From contig CAZHYZ010000001.1 in the NCBI GenBank assembly GCA_964537195.1, positions 93,100-157,099 on the forward strand: a stretch of 64,000 bases of DNA, read 5' to 3'. Made by a program: the position numbers and the translations under genes. The DNA comes from an uncultured Methanosarcinales archaeon. Its GTDB lineage: Archaea; Nanobdellota; Nanobdellia; Woesearchaeales; GW2011-AR15. The notes beneath the pieces were generated by a model. It saw only the letters and a list, made by a program, of their open reading frames with translations, ran no database searches and was not told where the DNA came from. This document shows positions 1 through 8,240 of the stretch, one piece after another; positions within the stretch are counted from its first letter, which is position 1, and the number at the start of each line of letters is the position of its first letter.

Positions 1-1152
1 TCTCTTCAGGTTCTTCATACCTTTCTTTGATTTCCTCTTCGTTTTCTTGTTCAGTAGTATCTATTGATTCTTCAGATTGTAATTCTTCTTCAACTTCTTC
101 CGTTCTTTCAATTTCTCCCTGTTTTTCACTTAATGGAGTTTCTTTGGGTTCAGGACTTTTTTCTTGTTCTTTTTTCAGTTCTTCTTTCAATCTTTTACTT
201 TCTTCTTCAGGCTCAGGATCTCTAACCACAAGATTGGGAACAAATTCAATTCTGTCGAACATCTCATTTTTGTTTGTCCTTCCTTGAAACTTAACAATCT
301 TGCCAAGAAGATCATTCTTAATTTCTTCAAAATCCCCATCTTTTTTTTCTACTATCTCTTCGTGGTCCATATCAAATAGTTTTTGTGTTTGGTTTCTCCA
401 TAAAACAACACGGATATTATCAGAACCATCATCTAAAAACAAATTTGTAACATAAGAATAAGTAATTTCGTCAAGTTTTTTGTCATCAACATAATAGTCA
501 CCGTCTTTCATAATTGCCTTTTTTCCAGTATCTGGGTCTGCTTCCCAAAACCTAGGATCAAACACTTGTACAATTGTACCCAAAATCTCAACATTTGACT
601 CGTTTTCATTTAGGTCCTTAATCTTCTTTCTTTCAATAGTTATTTCCTTGACATCTATGTCTGGAGCATCCTCAGGGTTTAAGATTACTTTTGTCTTATT
701 ACCCAGATGGACTTCCATCCTTCCTCTATTTTCTCTGGCATATCCGTTTTCTATTCTTATTACCATATCTTGAGCTAATTTGTTTAGAATGTCTGCTTTA
801 TCATTCCAGGCTACAATTCTTATAACTCCTGTATTATCTCCAAGAAGAAAATTACCAACTTTGCCTTTTCTTTTTTCAGTTTCAAAATTTCTTACTTCAT
901 AAACTCTGACTACTTTACCAGTTAGTTCAACATTACGCATACCGGCCATGACGTTCTTTATATCCAATTTTCCAGATTCTTCAAATAACTTGACACCTAG
1001 TTCATTTGCTATTATGTGTAATGCTCCTTCTTCACTTATTAAACCTGAAAGTTGATCTAATTTGTCTTTAATCCTGCTTTGTATTTCCTTATCAGAAAGT
1101 CCAGATTTATCCTTTATCTTCTCTATTATAATGTCTTTTGGAACCTTAATCA
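1..1152 (-). CDS. Replication protein A-like ssDNA-binding protein (OB-fold); N-terminus at 1152, C-terminus beyond the window start (3' partial)
   Basis: Minus-strand translation from ATG 1150-1152 gives MIKVPKDIIIEKIKDKSGLSDKEIQSRIKDKLDQLSGLISEEGALHIIANELGV..., followed by OB-fold-like blocks and an acidic tail. This is typical of archaeal RPA/RFA. Plus-strand ORFs 27..287 and 164..379 are its antisense. Confidence 0.55.
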
Positions 1153-1243
1153 TTAATTACCCCCAACTAATAAGAAAGCTAAGTTATATATAAAAGTTAT
1201 TTATCAAAAAATTATTTAAACCTTAATATAAATATTAGATTAA

Positions 1244-1699
1244 ATGAACAAAAAAGCACAAGCCACTTCCTGGTCACTTAAAGAAATTTTTACTTTGTTT
1301 CTTAGAATAATGGCTGTTATTGTTCTTGTTGCATTTATTGCAGGAATTGTATCAATATTTACAAAACCAAAGATGTTGGGAAATGCTTATCAAGATTTGG
1401 AGAGAGTAGCAGGGGAAATACAAGATCTTGAAGAGGGTGAATCAATTATTGTTCCAACACTCTCAGTTGGTTATTCTGTAATGATTCGTACATCTGAAGT
1501 TGCCGAAAGTCTTAGACTTCCATGTAAAACAAAAGAAGCAGATTATTGTGCTTGTTTACTAGATAAGGATGAGAATATATTAACTTGTAAAGAAATTGTG
1601 ACTGAAGCAGATATTTCTAATATTGATTTTAATTTAAGATCTGGCGAAACAATTGTTGTTGAACACACAAACGATAGAATAACAATTGGACGAGCATAA
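1244..1699 (+). CDS. Small membrane-anchored protein with a pilin-like N-terminus (MNKKAQ...hydrophobic helix)
   Basis: N-terminal KKAQ followed by a ~25-aa hydrophobic segment. AT-rich TATA-like promoter at 1180-1235. Confidence 0.45.
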   Translation: MNKKAQATSWSLKEIFTLFLRIMAVIVLVAFIAGIVSIFTKPKMLGNAYQDLERVAGEIQDLEEGESIIVPTLSVGYSVMIRTSEVAESLRLPCKTKEADYCACLLDKDENILTCKEIVTEADISNIDFNLRSGETIVVEHTNDRITIGRA

Positions 1700-1702
1700 T
1701 TT

Positions 1703-4700
1703 TTATGTTACACCACTTGCAACTTCTCCATTACCCAATAAACAACCTTTCTGATTCATTTCAGAATATGCTGCAGAATTACAAATAGCAGCTTTCTGTA
1801 GTAAACTTGGAGAACAACCATTACTTATCAATATTTGGGCTAGTTGTTGTGCTGTCCACTCTTTACCATTTCTTATAAATCTATAATACTTACTACCGGA
1901 GTTGTATTCAGCACCCCATTCAGAACTTATTTGACCACTGCATCCGCCCTGCATGTGTTGTAGGTTATGGGTGATTTCGTGTTTGAATAGGGTGTTTAAG
2001 GTCTCTTTGCCTGCACTTTCTAATTTATCTCTTTTACAATATATCCCTATACCATGACAACCAGAGTGGACCCAACACCAGGCATTTTTATTAATGTCGT
2101 TTGTACAATCTGTATAAAGCTTATATGTGCCCCCCATATCGGCCTTTACTTGGTTGAATATTTCCATATGTGGTCCATCATATATCTCTCCAGTGCCTGG
2201 AGAATATTCTCCTGTTGATTGTATAGTACTTGGTTCTGAATATTCCATCTCAGGGATTTCTTTTACACCCTCACTATGCATTGTAACAGCAAACCTAACA
2301 TTAACAGGAAGTTCTGAATATTTATATCTGGAATAAGCATAAACTGTTTCTCCAGTTTCAATACAGAACTTTAATGTAGAACTTTCATCATAATCATCAG
2401 GTTTTTCTATGCAAGAAGTGCCGTCCCAAATACCCCCGCCAGTATAACAATCACTTTCTATTGAGCTATATGTACAATAGTCAATATTCCAATCATCTTT
2501 TCCATTTTCATCAAGCACTTCTTGTGCACATTCTTTATATGTAACATCCAGGTCTCTGCATTTCATTTCTTGCCCATCATCTTTACATAATTTTTCTTGT
2601 CCATCTTGTCCAATACATAAGGGTTGATCAAAGTGGAATTTACATTCATAGTCATATGAATAAGTTGTTGTGGGAGTTATAAAATTATAACATTCAAGAG
2701 TCTGGCCATCATTACTGCATGATTGATAATTTCCATTAATATCTAAACAAATATCTTTAGGGAGAATTCCTTCACAAGTATAATCATAGAAAGCACAATC
2801 TAATGTTTCTGTTATTAATTCATTGCTGGCAAATGCCATGTCATTATGGATGCTTACCAGATCAACATCTGATTCTTCATTAATTTCAGGATTTATAAAA
2901 TAAAATCCAGTGCTTAATTCTTTCATTAGTTTTGATAGGGCTATTAGGTCTAGTGTTTCTGTTAACTCATCAACCGGCTTAGTAGTTGTTGATGAAGGAT
3001 CCCATTCTATATCATTTGGACAGGCATCTTGAAATTGAACTGCCGTGGTATGGAAATCTTCTACATAGCTTTGGATCGCTCTGACAATATCTTCATAGTT
3101 ATCCTCATTCTCAAATGTAGGTGCACGACAACCCCAGCCATTATATAATCTTAAAGCCATATCCCACCCACGGTATACAACATGTTTATCAGGAATACTT
3201 GAAAATTCACTATTATAACAATCATATTCTTTACTAGAACTATGACAATTATATGCATTACATTTTTCCAATAATATTTTAGCGCCACATTCAATATTAT
3301 CATTAACTTTATAGATATCTAATTTGTGACCGTCTATCTCGCTATTACCACAATCTTTTCTGCCCGTTATTTGCATTATACCAACTCCACCGTCACCAGT
3401 AACTAATACACCACCATTTCTATAATGGTCACCACCGCTTTCTTTCTCTGCTATTGTTAATAATATAGTCCCAGGTATATCATATGCATTTGCAACTTGA
3501 CATACATTTTTTTGCTGATCTGATAATTGTTCATAAGTAACCTTACCAGTAATTTGATTGTCTTGAGGTTGAGATATTAATAAAAATGCAAATGCCAATA
3601 TAACAAAAACACCCATTGTAGAGAACACAATTATTTTCTTTTTCTTTATGTAAAAGAAAGCAAAAACAATCAACAAGGTAATAACCAGAGCAACAATGGT
3701 GGGAATTACAAGATTGTTATCCTCCTTTTTATCTGGGATTTGTGATTCTTCTTTTTTCGGAGGAACATATTCATTACCTGCTTTAGTATATTCAATTATT
3801 TCTTTTTGTTCTTCCGGAAGGTATTCTGTTGGAACTTCTTTTGCCTCAAATTGATTTTTACAAGTCCCCATACAACAAGCAGAGGTATCATAGGCAGATA
3901 TACTTAATCCAAAACAGCTTTTTCCCTCTGTACAGATGTCGCCACCAGTTTCTTCACATGATTTAAATTGTTCAAAAACAACAGGTTCTTCTTCTGCTTT
4001 TGGAATGAATTCAAAACTTGTTTCAGTTATTTCATTATCTTCAAGAACATCTACTGCTCTCCCACTTATTAAGGAATTTCCCAGATTACTATCAGAACAT
4101 ACTCGTTTACCCCCTATATAATGTTTGTTCCATTCCTCTTCTTCAAGACTTTTTATTTCTACATTATTTCCCACATGTATAAATTGACAATCTCCATAAT
4201 AAATACCAACATGTGAAATTCCTTGTTTTGATGTGTTTGCAAAAAATATTAAATCTCCTTTTTGGAATTCCTCACAATTTGGAGTTATTTCTTCCCACAC
4301 ATCTAACTCTTGTGTTGGGTCATGGTCAACAACAAACCCGATATTTTCTGCTTGCCATTCTGCGTTTCTTACAGGAATTGTGAAGTCTCCATCTTTTTCT
4401 TGATTTGAATAATAATTATAGACCCACTTTGTAAATGCACTACTGTCAGTGGGACATTTCCCAGTCATTCTCACAATCTCTTCCCATTCTTCCATTATTT
4501 CTGCCCATTCATCTTCACCATAATCAGCATGATTTAAGATTATATTAGAACAATCATCAGGTTCAAGAGGTAATCTTTCTGGATCCCATTCTCCACTACC
4601 AAAAAAATAAGGAAACCCAATACCTTTCTCAGCTATCTTTACAATTGTATCCCCACAATTACTTCCTTGAATAATCTCTTGTTCTTCAGTTGGTGGATTT

Positions 4701-5383
4701 CTGAGAATAAAAGGAGATTCACTAACAACAATATCCTCTCTATTTATACAATTTTCATCTTCTACTTCCTTTATACTTCTATATGAAGTTAGGATTTCTG
4801 GAGCACTTTCATAACATTCTCCTTCTGAAACTGAGAAATATAAAGGTCCTGCATTTGTAGATCCAACACAACACTTTCCCTTAAATTCTGGCATTATCTC
4901 AATTTTTAGATGATTTCCCGGGTAGCCATATAGCATGAATCCATCACTCGTTTCAGAGAACAACATATTGTAGTCGATTGTGGGCATTCCTACGTCCTGG
5001 AATTTTTCAGTATATGTTGGAAGAATTTCTTTAATATATAATGCTAAATTTGTAGAAACAGAAGGAGCACAAGAACCTTCATCACTGTTAATCAATTTGT
5101 ATCCATAATTTTCTCCAATTCCACAACTAAGGCCATACATAAATCCAGTTATAGAACCAGTATATATTCCTTCCATTAAAACTTGTCTTGCTGAAAAGTC
5201 TATATAGTGTTGTACTATCTCTCCTTTTTCATAAGCATCCATTAGGTAGAATTGAGTTGTTCCAGTTCTTTCTTTATATTGATTGAATTTCCCCCACATA
5301 TTTACAATGGTTGTTGTTACTAGAATTATCATTACTACTACTAAAAAAAGTGAGTACTCTGTTCCCCTTTTTCTTAGTTTCAT
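1703..5383 (-). CDS. Giant (1226 aa) class III-signal protein with NlpC/P60-like peptidase, two TM helices, SLT lytic transglycosylase domain, a Cys-rich region and a C-terminal HExxH motif
   Basis: N-terminus MKLRKRGTEYSLFLVVVMIIL. NlpC/P60-like block (DDCSN / DSSAFTKWVY ... GDLIFFANTSKQGISHVGIYYGDCQFIHVGN) at ~4150-4550. TM pair at ~3550-3700. SLT motifs (AEKESGG ... GIMQI ... AYN) at ~3130-3480. HEITHNLQH at ~1960-1990. Confidence 0.7.
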   Translation of the reverse strand: MKLRKRGTEYSLFLVVVMIILVTTTIVNMWGKFNQYKERTGTTQFYLMDAYEKGEIVQHYIDFSARQVLMEGIYTGSITGFMYGLSCGIGENYGYKLINSDEGSCAPSVSTNLALYIKEILPTYTEKFQDVGMPTIDYNMLFSETSDGFMLYGYPGNHLKIEIMPEFKGKCCVGSTNAGPLYFSVSEGECYESAPEILTSYRSIKEVEDENCINREDIVVSESPFILRNPPTEEQEIIQGSNCGDTIVKIAEKGIGFPYFFGSGEWDPERLPLEPDDCSNIILNHADYGEDEWAEIMEEWEEIVRMTGKCPTDSSAFTKWVYNYYSNQEKDGDFTIPVRNAEWQAENIGFVVDHDPTQELDVWEEITPNCEEFQKGDLIFFANTSKQGISHVGIYYGDCQFIHVGNNVEIKSLEEEEWNKHYIGGKRVCSDSNLGNSLISGRAVDVLEDNEITETSFEFIPKAEEEPVVFEQFKSCEETGGDICTEGKSCFGLSISAYDTSACCMGTCKNQFEAKEVPTEYLPEEQKEIIEYTKAGNEYVPPKKEESQIPDKKEDNNLVIPTIVALVITLLIVFAFFYIKKKKIIVFSTMGVFVILAFAFLLISQPQDNQITGKVTYEQLSDQQKNVCQVANAYDIPGTILLTIAEKESGGDHYRNGGVLVTGDGGVGIMQITGRKDCGNSEIDGHKLDIYKVNDNIECGAKILLEKCNAYNCHSSSKEYDCYNSEFSSIPDKHVVYRGWDMALRLYNGWGCRAPTFENEDNYEDIVRAIQSYVEDFHTTAVQFQDACPNDIEWDPSSTTTKPVDELTETLDLIALSKLMKELSTGFYFINPEINEESDVDLVSIHNDMAFASNELITETLDCAFYDYTCEGILPKDICLDINGNYQSCSNDGQTLECYNFITPTTTYSYDYECKFHFDQPLCIGQDGQEKLCKDDGQEMKCRDLDVTYKECAQEVLDENGKDDWNIDYCTYSSIESDCYTGGGIWDGTSCIEKPDDYDESSTLKFCIETGETVYAYSRYKYSELPVNVRFAVTMHSEGVKEIPEMEYSEPSTIQSTGEYSPGTGEIYDGPHMEIFNQVKADMGGTYKLYTDCTNDINKNAWCWVHSGCHGIGIYCKRDKLESAGKETLNTLFKHEITHNLQHMQGGCSGQISSEWGAEYNSGSKYYRFIRNGKEWTAQQLAQILISNGCSPSLLQKAAICNSAAYSEMNQKGCLLGNGEVASGVT

Positions 5384-5832
5384 GATTTGAATATTACCTC
5401 CAGATTCTCAATCTCTCCATTAATCATATAAGGAATTTTTGTTCTGGCATCAAGGTCTCCAATCTTCAAATCAGACATATCAACACAATTATTGTCTTCT
5501 TTAATTATGACACTTTCAAGAAACAAGGTCCAACAAACTTTTTCCCCAAATGCCTCTTCTAGAACATAATTGATTTGTGTTTTACTATCTGTAAAATCCT
5601 CTTCTAAATAGTCAGAGATTAATCTTTCTTGTAATCTTCCTTCTGGTGTTTCAGCTCTTAACAAGTTTAATAAAAACAAATCATTGTTAAGTTTATTTTT
5701 AGTTTCCTCAATCTTAAATACAGATTTCTCCATGAACCCAAGAGAAGCCATTAGAAAAATAAAAAGAAGAATAATTACAATAGTGGCAGCAACATCTACT
5801 TCCACAAAGGCTTTTTTCTTCATTTTCTCCAT
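5380..5832 (-). CDS. Small type IV pilin-like protein (class III signal peptide)
   Basis: MEKMKKKAFVEVDVAATIVIILLFIF N-terminus. Start/stop overlap with flanking genes, so operonic. Confidence 0.5.
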   Translation of the reverse strand: MEKMKKKAFVEVDVAATIVIILLFIFLMASLGFMEKSVFKIEETKNKLNNDLFLLNLLRAETPEGRLQERLISDYLEEDFTDSKTQINYVLEEAFGEKVCWTLFLESVIIKEDNNCVDMSDLKIGDLDARTKIPYMINGEIENLEVIFKS

Positions 5833-6290
5833 GCCACCTCAATTAACAAATTAGCAGGAGCTAAATCTTCAGTTAATACTAAATATCTTTTTTCTATAGC
5901 TTCATAATCATCTGAGAAAGCCAGAGGGAGAATATCTTCATAATACTCTTGGTTATAGTATATCGTTGTCTCTTGGTCTTTTTGTGTAAGTACTAATCTC
6001 GCACCAAGAGGTGTTTTTGATGGGGTCATACAATTGCCTATAGAATCCTCATTAAACTTATCTGTTTCAATAATTCCAGGATAAGCTCTAGTGTTCTCGG
6101 TTTTGATAAAGCAATCAGGCGAGAATAAAAAACGCTCTGCAATTGAATAATATCTCAAATCATCTGTATCAAGACTTTCTTCTATCGTTCCATTGATAAC
6201 AAATACAAGCAACCCAATGACAACAATGGTTCCAATAATTCTGGCAATCCATAAAACATTCTCTCCAGAATCACCTCTTTTATTCATCAA
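5820..6290 (-). CDS. Small type IV pilin-like protein (class III signal peptide)
   Basis: MMNKRGDSGENVLWIARIIGTIVVIGLLVFV N-terminus. Overlaps its neighbours. Confidence 0.5.
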   Translation of the reverse strand: MMNKRGDSGENVLWIARIIGTIVVIGLLVFVINGTIEESLDTDDLRYYSIAERFLFSPDCFIKTENTRAYPGIIETDKFNEDSIGNCMTPSKTPLGARLVLTQKDQETTIYYNQEYYEDILPLAFSDDYEAIEKRYLVLTEDLAPANLLIEVAWRK

Positions 6291-6822
6291 CTAAATCCTC
6301 CTTTGAATTATAAAACCTAATAGTATCTCCTGCTTTAATCATAGAAAGTTTTACTGGAATAACTGATTCAGGCTCATCTTTGTTTTCAAAAAAAGTGAAC
6401 AGGGGGGACATTTCATCATAATATACCTTAATGCTGGGATTTTCAATATAGGAAGATTTTGCAACACTTCCAATTATTATTCCATTCTTAGAGTTATATA
6501 CAGAAATCTCATTCTTTCTGACATCAAATGAGAAATCTTGTGTGTTCTTGTTGTAATTAAATATCAAATCATTTGGACTGGCCATTAGGGTGTCTGCTAA
6601 AATTGCTAAGTCAAGAGCAAGATAATTTTTTTCAAAATAATTTGATGTTGTTACCTGCATTATAAACATATAGACAGGTATGAATACAATAACAAAAACC
6701 ACTATGAACCTTACAATCACATTCCATGACAATGAGAAGTATTCACTACCTCTTTTTGACTTCCACAAATCCATGTCTTTTTCATAGTAAGTTTTCTTTA
6801 TATAGTTTTTTGTTAAAAACAA
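6280..6822 (-). CDS. Small type IV pilin-like protein. The true start is probably the internal MDLWKSKRGSEY (about 6774).
   Basis: KSKRGSEYFSLSWNVIVRFIVVFVIVF motif. Confidence 0.45.
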   Translation of the reverse strand: MFLTKNYIKKTYYEKDMDLWKSKRGSEYFSLSWNVIVRFIVVFVIVFIPVYMFIMQVTTSNYFEKNYLALDLAILADTLMASPNDLIFNYNKNTQDFSFDVRKNEISVYNSKNGIIIGSVAKSSYIENPSIKVYYDEMSPLFTFFENKDEPESVIPVKLSMIKAGDTIRFYNSKEDLVDE

Positions 6823-6857
6823 AACTTATTTAAATCTCAAAAAGCAGGTAAAAGTTA

Positions 6858-7013
6858 ATGTTTCCTAATATATTTAAGAAGGCTCAAACCACCACAATGG
6901 AGCCGGCCACAAGGTTGATAGGGGTTATTTTGCTTGGCGTAGTAATCTTTTTACTCATCTATTTTGCTATATCAGGAAAACTCTCACAGATACTTGTAAG
7001 TGATTTCATATGA
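6858..7013 (+). CDS. Mini pilin-like ORF (51 aa), absent from the ORF track
   Basis: Own translation: MFPNIFKKAQTTTMEPATRLIGVILLGVVIFLLIYFAISGKLSQILVSDFI. Its stop overlaps the ATG of the 7010 gene (ATGA). Confidence 0.35.
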   Translation: MFPNIFKKAQTTTMEPATRLIGVILLGVVIFLLIYFAISGKLSQILVSDFI

Positions 7014-8104
7014 AGAAAGGATATATGACAATACATGGAATAATGGGCATTCTGTTAATATTGGTAGTATTTATGATCTTGTTTGGAGCTACCCCATTAT
7101 ATTATCAGATTATATCTAATTTTGGAGAGGACACACAATGTCAGGCAAGCTTTATAGCAAGTGCTATGACAAGGACACTTGGAAAAACAGTAATAGATCC
7201 AAAATGTCAGACAAAAAGAATAACTTTTGTTGTTGATCAGAAAGAGGAAGGGCAGACAGAAACAGGAGGAGAGAAAAAAGCCATATTGAGAGATTATTCT
7301 AGTAATTTGCCTAGTTTACCTCATGATACTGTTGCAAGAGTTGAAGCTTGGAATGATATTGTTGATGATAATCCTGAATTTTCTGATAATCTAAAATATA
7401 CTTATTATGAGGATTATGAAGATTTGACAGATAAAAAAGAACTAGAGGAAGAAGATTATATTACAATGCGTTACAACATGGATTATTTGATGGCTGATGA
7501 ACTGCAGAGATGCTGGCAGATTGTAGGTAGGGGTAACTTGCCTTTATTTGATGAGTATTGGAAGTTTATTGGGTGTCGTGATTCAGAAGGTGGCCCTGTT
7601 AGAGAGTGTAAAGATGCTGATGATTTTTGGTCTAATGTTGAAAATATTAGGGCCTGGAAAACCAGACCAACAGCAAATTTCTGTGTTTTATGTTCCAGAG
7701 TAAAATTTGATACAGAGTTACAAGAAAAATTTCACGAAGAATATGAATCTATTAATGTATGGATGAAAGTAAATCCTTATACTACTTCCTTGACCGGAGA
7801 TGTGTCTGAAAAAAGTTATTATGAATATGTTATCGATGATTCATTTAAAGGGATAGGAGCACAGCCATATTTTAGTTATACTACGGATGAGGCACAGGCA
7901 GTTGTTTTCATTAGGTATAACTGGCACAAAGGATCTCAATTTGCTGCTGGAGCAGTTCAAATTTCAGACAACATTTTAGGTAAATTGCCTTTTTATGAAG
8001 GAACCTTTGATAACCAGATTGTTCACTATTATAACAGTCTTCAAATAATACCTTATTCAGAATTATCAAATGAATGTAATTACATAGTTGGTTCATATGT
8101 TTAA
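7010..8104 (+). CDS. Secreted/membrane-anchored hypothetical protein with a pilin-like N-terminus
   Basis: MKKGYMTIHGIMGILLILVVFMILFG. No recognisable catalytic motif. Confidence 0.5.
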   Translation: MKKGYMTIHGIMGILLILVVFMILFGATPLYYQIISNFGEDTQCQASFIASAMTRTLGKTVIDPKCQTKRITFVVDQKEEGQTETGGEKKAILRDYSSNLPSLPHDTVARVEAWNDIVDDNPEFSDNLKYTYYEDYEDLTDKKELEEEDYITMRYNMDYLMADELQRCWQIVGRGNLPLFDEYWKFIGCRDSEGGPVRECKDADDFWSNVENIRAWKTRPTANFCVLCSRVKFDTELQEKFHEEYESINVWMKVNPYTTSLTGDVSEKSYYEYVIDDSFKGIGAQPYFSYTTDEAQAVVFIRYNWHKGSQFAAGAVQISDNILGKLPFYEGTFDNQIVHYYNSLQIIPYSELSNECNYIVGSYV

Positions 8105-8240
8105 AAAATCAGAAATAACACTTGAAATGGTTATAATATATATACTTGCACTACTCTTTGCTGTGGTTGTAATTGTATTAGTTGTAAGAAATAATCAGTC
8201 ATTCAGAGATTTATTATCAATGTTTTCAAGAATACTATGA
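8097..8240 (+). CDS. Mini pilin-like ORF (47 aa), absent from the ORF track
   Basis: Own translation: MFKKSEITLEMVIIYILALLFAVVVIVLVVRNNQSFRDLLSMFSRIL, a textbook class III signal peptide. Overlaps the upstream stop by 8 nt and the downstream ATG (ATGA). Confidence 0.35.
   Translation: MFKKSEITLEMVIIYILALLFAVVVIVLVVRNNQSFRDLLSMFSRIL

Noticed and set aside
27-379. Plus-strand ORFs 27..287 and 164..379 (Ser/Phe-rich)
   Set aside because: Low-complexity translation. They lie antisense to a well-formed RPA-like gene whose Glu/Lys-rich codons generate the open frame.
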